Below the pieces are notes generated by a model. The model searched no databases, was not told the origin of the DNA, and was given only the letters and a program-made list of their open reading frames with translations. From Desulfobacterales bacterium (GTDB lineage Bacteria; Desulfobacterota; Desulfobacteria; Desulfobacterales; UBA5852), in contig CAXXVS010000002.1 in assembly GCA_963674755.2 (NCBI GenBank), forward strand, positions 928,001 to 992,000: 64,000 nucleotides of DNA. The letters are read 5' to 3'. Shown here one piece after another: positions 10,325-19,426 of the stretch; the first letter of the stretch is position 1, and the number at the start of each line of letters is the position of its first letter. The position numbers were made by a program, and so were the translations under genes.

Positions 10325-11182
10325 TTAAGATTCCTCTGGTAAGCCGTCCATGACAACGGATTTTACCACGAACCAGGGATTGCGCAAATTCTCCCTATTG
10401 TAGCGCAAGGGGGCTTCAGTATCAAACACCACCAGGCGGGCGCCGGCCGCCTCGGCAATGGCCTGGCCTGCGGCGGTGTCCCATTCCATGGTGGGGCCGG
10501 TGCGCGGATAAAGCTGGGCGCGCCCTTCAGCCACCATGCAGATTTTTAGGGAACTGCCCGCCGAAATCAATTCCACCTTACCGTGCTGTCTTCGGAGATC
10601 ATCCACGATCTGCTGGACTTCGGGAGTGCTGTGGGAGCGGCTGCCCACCACGGTAAAAGGCGCGGTCGGGTCTGAGGGGAGGGGCAGCTGTTGGCTTGCA
10701 TTGCACAGGGTCTGAAGTTGCTCCCCTCTATTGGCGGTGGTTTCGGCCGGATGACCGATCCGGCCGGCGGCCTGGGGTAATTTGTAGGCGCCCCTATCGG
10801 TGGCACCGAAGTAGAGAACATCCTGCACCGGCACGTAGATGACCCCCATTACGGGGCGGCCGTCGCGAATCAGGGCGATGTTGACGGTAAATTCCCCATT
10901 GCGTTTGACGAATTCCTTGGTGCCGTCCAACGGGTCGAGCAACCAGAAGGTCTGCCAGAACTTGCGTTCGTCATAGGGCATGTCGCGCCCCTCTTCGCTT
11001 AAAATGGGCAGTTGGGCGGATGCCAGGTGATCGACAAGAATTTGGTGTGATCGGCGATCGGCCAGCGTGAGGGGGGAATCATCCGCCTTATGCTCCACCA
11101 CAAAGTCCGTCTCGTAGATCTCCAAAATGGCCCGGCCCGCCTGGATAGCGGCTTCTATGGCGGTCAACAACAGCTGCTCCAT
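10325..11182 (-). CDS. cysQ: 3'(2'),5'-bisphosphate nucleotidase (PAP phosphatase)
   Basis: 'KADDSPLTLAD', 'LDPLDGTKEF', 'GSSLKIC', 'TMEWDTAAGQA'. Confidence 0.95.
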   Translation of the reverse strand: MEQLLLTAIEAAIQAGRAILEIYETDFVVEHKADDSPLTLADRRSHQILVDHLASAQLPILSEEGRDMPYDERKFWQTFWLLDPLDGTKEFVKRNGEFTVNIALIRDGRPVMGVIYVPVQDVLYFGATDRGAYKLPQAAGRIGHPAETTANRGEQLQTLCNASQQLPLPSDPTAPFTVVGSRSHSTPEVQQIVDDLRRQHGKVELISAGSSLKICMVAEGRAQLYPRTGPTMEWDTAAGQAIAEAAGARLVVFDTEAPLRYNRENLRNPWFVVKSVVMDGLPEES

Positions 11183-11290
11183 GAGTTCTCCCACTGTTTC
11201 CAGCCCTGTTCGATGCGAACACCGCCTATGGAGCGGTGATGGACTGTGTCTTAGGTGAAAATGATATCCGCTTTTTGTTGGTGCCCTAAA

Positions 11291-11436
11291 TAGTGTTCGT
11301 CCAGAGGGGGTAGATGTTGGTTCCGGCCAAGGCCGCCGTGATTTTGAAACCGGAGACGTCGCTGGGCTACAGCGAGGATTTCCAAAGAGTCAGAACGCGG
11401 GCCGGGCCGAAAGAATTTATTTATGGATGGGCACTG
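11291..11436. repeat. MITE/REP-like interspersed repeat, copy 2
   Basis: Ends tagtgttcgtcca / tggatgggcactg; internal ttggttccggccaaggccgccgtgatt at the same offset as in copy 1. Confidence 0.7.
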
Positions 11437-11531
11437 AATAGGCGAAATACCGTTTATTTACAACCCCTGCACATCGCTTTATCGGAGGTCTGGCGTTCAG
11501 GCGAGGGCGGTATTTAACATTGACCTCCCTC

Positions 11532-11561
11532 TTGCCAACCATTTTTTTAAAACGGTATAGT
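11532..11561 (+). promoter_or_regulatory. Sigma70-type promoter of the cob operon
   Basis: TTGCCA-N18-TATAGT, about 60 bp upstream of cbiA. Confidence 0.6.
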
Positions 11562-11620
11562 GGCGCATCCCAACGGGAAACGGAGTTTTAGCGATCAAAA
11601 AATCGGGGGTAGGGAACAAT

Positions 11621-13012
11621 ATGCCGAAAGGTCTGGTCATAGCAGGTACCTCCAGCGGAAGCGGCAAGACGACGCTCACTTTGGCGTTACTGGCCGCCCT
11701 GATGAAACGGGGATATCGCCTGGTGCCTTTCAAGGTGGGGCCCGACTTCATTGATCCCGGGCATCACACCCGACTCACGGGCACCACGAGCCGCAATCTG
11801 GACGGCTGGATGCTCTCCCAAGCCTATAATCAGGCGCTTTTTCAGCGCGGCCGCCGTCAGGCGGATATGGCCGTTGTGGAAGGGGTCATGGGGCTTTACG
11901 ACGGCTACGACGGCCGCAGCGAGGCCGGCTCCACCGCCCAGATGGCCAAATGGCTGGATCTTCCGGTGCTGCTGGTGGTGGACGCCCGCAGCATGGCCCG
12001 CAGCGCGGCCGCTCTCCTGCAAGGCTTCGAGAATTTCGACCCGCAGGTCCGTTTTGCCGGGGTGGTCTTCAATCGCATCGGCAGCCCGCGGCACCTGGCA
12101 TATCTGAAAGAGGCCCTGGAAGGACACGTGAAGATGCCCTGTCTCGGAGGAATCCCCCGGGAGGCATCCATCACGATCCCCGAACGCCATCTGGGGCTGC
12201 ATACAGCCGAGGATCATCCCCTCGATCCATCGACTGTCAGGCAGTTGGAGGATCTGGCGGAAACCCATATCGACATGAACCGGCTAATCGGCCTGGCCGA
12301 AGCCCCTGCCGTCGACAGGGGCCCTTCGGGTGCCGAAACGGTTGCGACAGGTGGCCGGGTCCGTATCGGCGTAGCCCGGGATGCCGCCTTTTGTTTCTAT
12401 TACCCGGACAATCTGGAATTATTAGAGGCTTACGGCGCTGAGATCGCCTTTTTTTCGCCCATGACGAATGACCGTCTGCCAGAAGACATCGATGGACTCT
12501 ATTTGGGCGGCGGCTATCCCGAGTTGCATGCCGCAACGCTTGCGGATAACCATCGCTTAAGGGATGAGATCCAAAAAAGCAGCCGGGCCGGCATGCCCGT
12601 CTACGCCGAATGCGGGGGGTTCATGTATCTGTGCCGCTGCCTGACGGATATCGAAGGGACAAACCACCCCATGGTGGGGTGTTTCCCTTTCGAAACGCGC
12701 ATGCTGTCCCGACGCCGGGCCCTTGGGTATCGGGAAATTCGCCTGGCGGCCCCTTCGCTGCTGGGACCGGAGGGAGGCCTCGGGCGGGGGCATGAATTCC
12801 ACTATTCGGAATTGATAGGTGGTGTTGATACGGTGGAAACAGTCTATGAAGCCACCCCGCGATCCGGCCAGGAGATGACCACGGAGGGGTTCCGTATTCA
12901 CAACACCCTGGGGAGTTATATTCACTTGCATTTTGGCAGCAATCCCGCTATGGCCTGTCACTTTGTTGAAAATTGCCGCGCCTTCCAGTCAGAAAGGACC
13001 CATCGCCTATGA
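11621..13012 (+). CDS. cbiA: Cobyrinate a,c-diamide synthase
   Basis: 'SGSGKTT', 'FKVGPDFIDPGHH', 'EGVMGLYDG', GATase 'YAECGGFMYL', 'GHEFHYS'. Confidence 0.96.
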   Translation: MPKGLVIAGTSSGSGKTTLTLALLAALMKRGYRLVPFKVGPDFIDPGHHTRLTGTTSRNLDGWMLSQAYNQALFQRGRRQADMAVVEGVMGLYDGYDGRSEAGSTAQMAKWLDLPVLLVVDARSMARSAAALLQGFENFDPQVRFAGVVFNRIGSPRHLAYLKEALEGHVKMPCLGGIPREASITIPERHLGLHTAEDHPLDPSTVRQLEDLAETHIDMNRLIGLAEAPAVDRGPSGAETVATGGRVRIGVARDAAFCFYYPDNLELLEAYGAEIAFFSPMTNDRLPEDIDGLYLGGGYPELHAATLADNHRLRDEIQKSSRAGMPVYAECGGFMYLCRCLTDIEGTNHPMVGCFPFETRMLSRRRALGYREIRLAAPSLLGPEGGLGRGHEFHYSELIGGVDTVETVYEATPRSGQEMTTEGFRIHNTLGSYIHLHFGSNPAMACHFVENCRAFQSERTHRL

Positions 13013-13626
13013 AACCGGCGGAAATCGAAGCCCTCAGCTTTCAGATCATTGATAAGGAAGCTGGCGACCACGGCTTTCCAGCGGACCAATGGACCATCGT
13101 ACGCCGCATGATTCATACCAGCGCCGATTTTGACTATCTGACCAGCGTGCGCTTTCATTCCGATGCGGTGCGGGCCGGCATCCAAGCGATCTCGGACGGT
13201 CGCAACATCGTCACCGACACCAACATGGCCCGTGCCGGCATCCGTAAAAGCGCGCTTCTCCGGTTTGGAGGCTCCCTGGCGTGTCTGATCGACGATCCCA
13301 CCGTGGCCCACGCTGCGCGGGATTCCGGCTGCACGCGGGCTATGGCCGCGGTGGATGCGGCCATCCCGCTGATGCGCAAGGGCATCTATGTCATCGGCAA
13401 TGCCCCCACCGCTCTCCTGCGGCTGATGGAGCTTATAAAGGAAGGTCAGGCGGCGCCCGCCCTGGTGATTGGGCTGCCGGTGGGGTTTGTCAATGCGGCC
13501 GAATCCAAGGCCATGCTGGTGGCGATGGATATCCCCTTTATCAGCAATGTGGGGCGCAAAGGCGGATCCAATGTCGCCGCCAGCGTCATCAATGCGTTGA
13601 TCGGGCTGGCGTTGGCCCCACCCTGA
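13009..13626 (+). CDS. cbiC: Cobalt-precorrin-8 methylmutase
   Basis: 'RRMIHTSADF', 'IGNAPTAL', 'PVGFVNAAESK', 'GRKGGSNVAA'; ATGA overlap with cbiA. Confidence 0.95.
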   Translation: MKPAEIEALSFQIIDKEAGDHGFPADQWTIVRRMIHTSADFDYLTSVRFHSDAVRAGIQAISDGRNIVTDTNMARAGIRKSALLRFGGSLACLIDDPTVAHAARDSGCTRAMAAVDAAIPLMRKGIYVIGNAPTALLRLMELIKEGQAAPALVIGLPVGFVNAAESKAMLVAMDIPFISNVGRKGGSNVAASVINALIGLALAPP

Positions 13627-13741
13627 GGGAGCCCTCCGACCTGTCCTTGCCGTAAGCGGGGGCCTTTGCCATAGCTGCCATCCGCGTTACGAATGCTGAT
13701 CATGCCTGCCTGTCCGATGGCAGGTGGGAAGCCTGACGGTC

Positions 13742-14842
13742 ATGCCGAAAAAAAACCTGCGGTGCGGCTTTACAACGGGAACGGCCGCCGCGGCTGCAAC
13801 CAAAGCCGCGTTGCAGGCCATTTTGCACCCGCGTCTGCCCGAGACGGTACGGATCGATTTCCTGACCGAAGGTTACATCGACATCCCGGTGCATCGCCTG
13901 GAACGCCTGACGTCCACCAGGGCGCGGGCCACCGTTATCAAAGATGCCGGCGACGATCCGGATGTCACCCACCGGGCCGAGATCGGCGCGATGGTGACGG
14001 TGACAAGGGCGGCCCTGCCGTCCGATGATGTTCTCCGGGTTATTATCCGCGGCGGTCAGGGGGTTGGAAGGATCACCAAACCGGGCCTTGAATTGCCGCC
14101 CGGGGAGCCGGCCATCAATTCCGGGCCGCGGCGCATGATCCGCCACGCTGTCCGTCAGGTGGTGGGCCCGGATGCACCGCCAATGACGATCGAGGCGGAA
14201 ATCTTCGTGCCCCAGGGCGAAGCGTTGGCCCTCCGAACCCTCAATGCACGGCTTGGCATCGTGGGCGGGATTTCCATCCTGGGCACCACCGGCATCGTGA
14301 AACCCATGTCCCACGACGCCTATACCGCCACGATTCGATCGGCCCTTTCGGTGGCCCGGGCTACCGGCCGGGACCGGGTGGCCATGACCACCGGCCGGCG
14401 TAGCGAACGGCATGCCCAACAATTTCTGAAAGGGTGGGCCGACGACCAGTTCGTGCAGATCGGCGACTATTTTCAGTTCGCTCTGTCAACGGCGGGCGAA
14501 ATGGCGTTCGGACAGGTCATTGTGGCGGTCTTTTTCGGCAAGGCGGTCAAGATGGCCTTGGGCGTGCCGCACACCCATGCCGCCCGGTCGTCCCTGGTGC
14601 TGGACCAACTGGCGGATTGGACCGCCGCCTTGACCGGCCAGTCTTCCCTGGCCGCCCGTGTTCGCGAAGCCAATACCGCCCGACAGGCCTTTGAATTACT
14701 GGGCCCTTATCCGGATGTCATTGCCCGGGTCGGGCAGGGCATCGTGACGTACGCCCAAGCGTTTGCCGGCCACCGGCTGGCGGTGCGCAGCTTGATTTTC
14801 GATTTTCAGGGCGACATCGTCTTTGATTCCGAAGGAAAATGA
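13742..14842 (+). CDS. cbiD: Cobalt-precorrin-5B C1-methyltransferase
   Basis: 'LRCGFTTGTAAAAA', 'KDAGDDPDVTH', 'LGIVGGISILGTTGIV'. Confidence 0.96.
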   Translation: MPKKNLRCGFTTGTAAAAATKAALQAILHPRLPETVRIDFLTEGYIDIPVHRLERLTSTRARATVIKDAGDDPDVTHRAEIGAMVTVTRAALPSDDVLRVIIRGGQGVGRITKPGLELPPGEPAINSGPRRMIRHAVRQVVGPDAPPMTIEAEIFVPQGEALALRTLNARLGIVGGISILGTTGIVKPMSHDAYTATIRSALSVARATGRDRVAMTTGRRSERHAQQFLKGWADDQFVQIGDYFQFALSTAGEMAFGQVIVAVFFGKAVKMALGVPHTHAARSSLVLDQLADWTAALTGQSSLAARVREANTARQAFELLGPYPDVIARVGQGIVTYAQAFAGHRLAVRSLIFDFQGDIVFDSEGK

Positions 14843-14852
14843 GGCGGAATTT

Positions 14853-16106
14853 ATGAAAAAGCCATCGTCCAGCGCCGGCCATTCCCTTCCCATCGACATC
14901 ATCGGGATGGGGATGGGCCGTGGCGATTTGACGGCCAACCATCTGCGCCTTATCGAAGCGGCGGCGCTTTTGGTGGGGGGGCGCCGCCACCTGGCGTTGT
15001 TTCCGGAAAAAGTACCCAGAACGCTTGAGATTACATCTGATTTGAAAGGCCTGGCCGAAGAGATCCGCCGCCGGGAACGCTCCCAACCCATCGTTGTCCT
15101 GGCATCGGGGGACCCGCTCTATTATGGCATCGGGACCTATCTGGTGAAGGCTCTGGGCCGGGAAAACGTCCGTATCCATCCGAATATTACCGCGGTGGCG
15201 GCGGCCTTTGCCCGCATGGGCGAGCCCTGGCAGGACGTACCGGTGGTAAGCCTGCACGGACGCCGCCAGGAATCCCGGCTGCAAGGGGCTATCCAGACGG
15301 CCGACCGCATTGCCGTTTTCACCGATCCGGTCTGCTCGCCGGTCTGGATCGGTGATTTCCTCTGCCGCCAGCATATCCGTGACCTGACGATCGGTGTTTT
15401 CGAAAACCTCGGCAGTGATGACGAGCGTGTCTCATGGCATACGCCCGAATCCATAAACGATAAGACTTTTCAAGCACCCAATATGGTGGTGCTTAAACGA
15501 GAGGCGCCGCTGTCGGACCGGCATCCCCCCCTGCATCTGGGCATGCCTGAATCCGCCTACGACCATGAACGCGGGGTGATCACGAAAGCCGAAGTCCGGG
15601 CCGTGTCCCTGGCCCGTCTGGGCCTGATGCCCAACCAGACCCTCTGGGATCTGGGGGCCGGCAGCGGTGCGCTGGCCATCGAAGCTTCCCTGCTCATGCC
15701 GGGGGGACGCATCTGGGCCGTGGAGAAGAATCGGGCGCGCGTCCATCAGATCATCACCAATCGGGATCGTTACGGCGTCGCCAACCTGGAAGTGGTCCAG
15801 GCCGACCTGCCCGATGGGTTGGGCAACCTGCCGGATCCCGATCGGGTTTTCATCGGCGGCGGCGGCCCATCCCTGGCCGCAACCCTGGACGTAGTCTGCG
15901 GGCGGTTTCCCAAGGGCGGGATTCTGGTGGTCAATACCGTACTCATGGACAGTCTGCACGAAACCCTGCAACGCCTCAAAACCTTTGGCTTGGACACCGA
16001 CGTGGTACAGATCCAGGCCAGCCGCAGCCGCCCCTTGGCTGCCAGCGATCGCCTGGAAGCCATGAATCCGGTCTGGATCATCAGGGGACGGCGCAAGTTG
16101 GCCTAA
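14853..16106 (+). CDS. cbiET: Cobalt-precorrin-6B/7 C5,C15-methyltransferase (CbiE-CbiT fusion, CobL type)
   Basis: 'VLASGDPLYYGIG', 'SLHGR', 'ITKAEVR', 'WDLGAGSG', 'PDRVFIGGGG'. Confidence 0.93.
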   Translation: MKKPSSSAGHSLPIDIIGMGMGRGDLTANHLRLIEAAALLVGGRRHLALFPEKVPRTLEITSDLKGLAEEIRRRERSQPIVVLASGDPLYYGIGTYLVKALGRENVRIHPNITAVAAAFARMGEPWQDVPVVSLHGRRQESRLQGAIQTADRIAVFTDPVCSPVWIGDFLCRQHIRDLTIGVFENLGSDDERVSWHTPESINDKTFQAPNMVVLKREAPLSDRHPPLHLGMPESAYDHERGVITKAEVRAVSLARLGLMPNQTLWDLGAGSGALAIEASLLMPGGRIWAVEKNRARVHQIITNRDRYGVANLEVVQADLPDGLGNLPDPDRVFIGGGGPSLAATLDVVCGRFPKGGILVVNTVLMDSLHETLQRLKTFGLDTDVVQIQASRSRPLAASDRLEAMNPVWIIRGRRKLA

Positions 16107-16159
16107 ACATGATCACAAGGCAATGACTTTCCTGCAATCCATCAACCGATGAGGTCGAT

Positions 16160-16960
16160 ATGTCGAACGAACATCCTCCCGTTCTTTTCGTGGGAGCCGG
16201 CCCGGGGGACCCGGAACTGATAACGGTTAAAGGGCGCAACGCCCTGGCCCACGCCGATCTGGTGATCTATGCCGGTTCCCTGGTGCCGGAGGCGGTCCTG
16301 GCATGGACGCCCTCCACGGCCCGCCGGCTCAACAGCGCCGGTCTGACCCTGGAAGAGGTCATCGCCGAGATCGAAAGCGCCTGGCTGGAAGGGCAGCACG
16401 TTGTCCGGCTGCACACGGGCGACCCCAGTCTCTACGGGGCCATATTCGAACAGATGGCCGAACTCAACCGGCAATCGATTCCCTACCGAGTGATTCCGGG
16501 GGTAACCGCCGCCTTTGCCGCGGCCGCCGCCATGGGCATCGAGTATACCCTGCCGGAGATTTCCCAGACCCTCATCATTACCCGCATGGAAGGGCGCACG
16601 CCGGTACCCGAAAAGGAAGCCCTGGCCGCCCTGGCGGCCCACCAGGCCACCATGGCCATTTACCTGAGTGTGGGTATGGCGGATAAGGTGGCGAATGTCC
16701 TGCAGGAGGCTTACGGCGCTGCAGCACCCTGCGCGGTGGTCTATCGCGCCAGCCAGCCGGAGGAAACCATCGTCTGGACCACCTTGGATAAAATGGTGGA
16801 AGCTGTGCGGCAAGCCGCCATACGGCGACAAGCCGTGATTATCGTAGGGCGCGTGCTGGACGTGAGCCTTGAAAACCTGCGCCACAAATCCCGCCTGTAC
16901 GATGCCGGGTTTTCCCACGGCTTCCGTAAGGGCGACCAGGAAGTTGGACCAGATGATTAG
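16160..16960 (+). CDS. cbiF: Cobalt-precorrin-4 C11-methyltransferase
   Basis: 'VGAGPGDPELITVKG', 'YAGSLV', 'RLHTGDPSLYGA'. Confidence 0.96.
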   Translation: MSNEHPPVLFVGAGPGDPELITVKGRNALAHADLVIYAGSLVPEAVLAWTPSTARRLNSAGLTLEEVIAEIESAWLEGQHVVRLHTGDPSLYGAIFEQMAELNRQSIPYRVIPGVTAAFAAAAAMGIEYTLPEISQTLIITRMEGRTPVPEKEALAALAAHQATMAIYLSVGMADKVANVLQEAYGAAAPCAVVYRASQPEETIVWTTLDKMVEAVRQAAIRRQAVIIVGRVLDVSLENLRHKSRLYDAGFSHGFRKGDQEVGPDD

Positions 16961-16999
16961 CATCTGTTTGCTAACCACTTTTTTAAACAACAGATAGCT

Positions 17000-18067
17000 A
17001 TGCCATTTCGGAACGAAAATATCGCCATGTGGGCCTTGACGAGCAGCGGCGCGCGCCTGGGGAGGGAATTGCAGACCCATTTCCCGGGCAGCCATCTTTT
17101 TCTGGGATCGAAGACCGCGCACCAGGAGGGGGCCCACCGCTTCGACCGCCTGGCCGATGCATTGCCCCGGCAGTTTGCCCGTTTTGACGGCCATATCTTT
17201 ATCATGGCGGCCGGCATCGTGGTGCGCTCCCTGGCGCCCCTGTTAGATCATAAGACCACCGATCCGGCCGTGGTGGTGGTGGACGAATGCGGCCGCCATG
17301 CCATCAGCCTCCTTTCCGGCCACCTGGGCGGGGCCAACGCCTTGGCCCGCCGAATCGGAACATGCATCGGCGCACGGCCGGTCATTACCACGGCCACCGA
17401 CCTCCGGGAGGTGCCGGCCATCGACCTCATCGCCCAGGCAAAGGGGTTGATCATTGAAAACCCGGCGGCGATCCGGCATGTGAGTATGACCCTGCTCGAA
17501 GGCCGCCGTGTTCGCCTGTACGACCCCCAGGGATGGCTTGACGGGGCCCTGCCCCGCGAGGGATTCCAAGTGCTCACCCCCAGCGAATCCTCTGACGATG
17601 GGGGGCCGGACCGGGTCGGCCCCGGGGTCTGGATCGACGACATTCGCATTGACCTGCCCGATGAAATCCTGGTATTGCGACCCCCATCGTTGTTTGTGGG
17701 GGTGGGGTGCAACCGGAACACACCAGGAGAAGAGATCCAGGATCTGCTCCATCGGGTGCTGAATGATTACCATCTGGCAGCCGCCAGTATTGCCGGGTTG
17801 GCCAGCATCGATCTGAAGGCCGATGAAGAAGGACTGCTGGCCCTGGCGCAATCCCTGTCACGGCCACTGGTCTTTTTCTCCAGGGACCAACTGGCAACGG
17901 TCCGGGAAATTCCCACCCCTTCGAAGGTGGTCCAAAAACACGTAGGAGTCGAGAGCGTATGCGAAGCAGCGGCCATTCTGGCCTCGGGCAACGGAACTCT
18001 GATCGCCCCCAAACAGGTGACCCCCAACGCGACCATCGCGATAGCCCGCCAACCCTTTATATCGTAG
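17000..18067 (+). CDS. cbiG: Cobalt-precorrin-5A hydrolase
   Basis: 'DPAVVVVDE...ISLLSGHLGGAN', 'VITTATD', 'GVGCNR', 'SVCEAAA'. Confidence 0.95.
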   Translation: MPFRNENIAMWALTSSGARLGRELQTHFPGSHLFLGSKTAHQEGAHRFDRLADALPRQFARFDGHIFIMAAGIVVRSLAPLLDHKTTDPAVVVVDECGRHAISLLSGHLGGANALARRIGTCIGARPVITTATDLREVPAIDLIAQAKGLIIENPAAIRHVSMTLLEGRRVRLYDPQGWLDGALPREGFQVLTPSESSDDGGPDRVGPGVWIDDIRIDLPDEILVLRPPSLFVGVGCNRNTPGEEIQDLLHRVLNDYHLAAASIAGLASIDLKADEEGLLALAQSLSRPLVFFSRDQLATVREIPTPSKVVQKHVGVESVCEAAAILASGNGTLIAPKQVTPNATIAIARQPFIS

Positions 18068-18834
18068 GCCTTGGGCCCGGGGCCCTGGAGCATCTTTCAT
18101 CACGCGCGCGGGAGGTGCTGGCGGCCTCTGACACCATCGTGGGCTACACCACCTATATTGAGCTTATCCAGCCCCTCATCAAAGGCAAACAGGTCATCAG
18201 CACCGGCATGACCCGGGAGGTGGACCGTGTGGAAGCCGGCATCAACGCCGCGCTCCAGGGAAGTACCACCGCGGTGGTATCCAGCGGTGATGCCGGCATC
18301 TATGCCATGGCCGGACTGATTCTCGAAATCTGCCAGAAGCGCGGCCTGCTGCTGGCCCGAACCGCGGGGAAGGGGAATAAAGACGCCCTTCAGATTGACA
18401 TTATTCCTGGCATCCCGGCCCTGGCCGCTGGCGCCTCCCTTCTGGGGGCCCCCCTGACCCACGATTTTGCGGTAATCAGCCTGAGCGACCTGCTGACCCC
18501 CTGGGAGACCATTACCCGGCGCCTGACAGCCGCCGCCCAGGCCGATTTCGTCATTGTCATTTACAACCCCAAAAGCCGGCGGCGCCAGGATCACCTTGCA
18601 CGGGCCTGTGAGATTATCGGCCGCTACCGCGGCCCGGATACACCGGCCGGCATTGTAACCGGGGCGTCCCGGCCCAATCAGCGCGTGGCGGTCACCACCC
18701 TGGCGGAACTGCCCAATGCGGCGGTGGACATGCAGACCATCCTGTTCATCGGCAATTCGAGCACCTCGACCTACGAGGGGTTCATGGTGACACCGCGGGG
18801 CTATGCCCGTAAATACAATATGGAAGGCCAATGA
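17959..18834 (+). CDS. cbiH: Cobalt-factor III / precorrin-3B C17-methyltransferase
   Basis: 'LYIVGLGPG', 'VSSGDAGIYAMAG', 'ISLSDLLTPW', 'YNPKS', 'MVTPRGY'; start lies inside cbiG. Confidence 0.93.
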   Translation: MRSSGHSGLGQRNSDRPQTGDPQRDHRDSPPTLYIVGLGPGALEHLSSRAREVLAASDTIVGYTTYIELIQPLIKGKQVISTGMTREVDRVEAGINAALQGSTTAVVSSGDAGIYAMAGLILEICQKRGLLLARTAGKGNKDALQIDIIPGIPALAAGASLLGAPLTHDFAVISLSDLLTPWETITRRLTAAAQADFVIVIYNPKSRRRQDHLARACEIIGRYRGPDTPAGIVTGASRPNQRVAVTTLAELPNAAVDMQTILFIGNSSTSTYEGFMVTPRGYARKYNMEGQ

Positions 18835-18877
18835 GAGCGCATCGGATCCCCCTGCAACCGCTTCCGAGGAACCGGTC

Positions 18878-19426
18878 ATGACAAACCAGGATATCCGCAC
18901 CATGGCTCCCCAGAAAGGCCGTGTCCATGTCTACACCGGCAATGGCAAGGGAAAAACCACGGCCGCCCTGGGCCTTTGTCTGCGGGCGGTGGGCGCCGGC
19001 TATCGCGTCTATATTGCCCAGTTCATGAAAGCGGGAACTTACAGCGAGCTCAAGGCCCTTAAACAGCTGGGCGATCAGGTCACGGTGGAACAGTTCGGGA
19101 GCGGCCGGTTCGTAAGGGGGACGCCTTCGGAGGAAGACCGGAAAAAATCCCGGGAGGGATTTCAGGCGGTAATGGCCGCCCTTATCAGTGGCGGCTATCA
19201 GATGGTCATTATCGATGAATGTATGGTGGCTTTTCATCAGGGACTTCTGTCACAGGCACAGCTGCAGTCCATCCTGGACCAGCGGCCGGCGGCCGTGGAA
19301 TTGATCCTGACCGGGCGCCATGCCCCCGCCGACGTGATCGCCCAAGCCGATCTGGTGACCGACATGCAAGAGGTGAAGCACTATTTCCACAAGGGTATTA
19401 CAGCGAGGGACGGCATTGAAAAATAA
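18878..19426 (+). CDS. cobO: Cob(I)yrinate a,c-diamide adenosyltransferase (CobA/BtuR)
   Basis: 'VYTGNGKGKTTAALG', 'ELILTGR', 'KHYFHKG...GIE'. Confidence 0.95.
   Translation: MTNQDIRTMAPQKGRVHVYTGNGKGKTTAALGLCLRAVGAGYRVYIAQFMKAGTYSELKALKQLGDQVTVEQFGSGRFVRGTPSEEDRKKSREGFQAVMAALISGGYQMVIIDECMVAFHQGLLSQAQLQSILDQRPAAVELILTGRHAPADVIAQADLVTDMQEVKHYFHKGITARDGIEK

Noticed and set aside
11437..11620. Cobalamin riboswitch upstream of cbiA
   Set aside because: No conserved B12-box elements recognised, and the predicted promoter leaves only ~55 nt of leader
13627..13741. 115-bp cbiC-cbiD gap with a ctgccatc/gatggcag inverted repeat
   Set aside because: Single short stem in GC-rich DNA with no riboswitch or terminator features
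18048..18067. CCCTTTA as a canonical -1 slippery heptamer
   Set aside because: It is not in X-XXY-YYZ phase with the cbiG frame (CCC-TTT-ATA); the internal RBS and ATG are the simpler explanation
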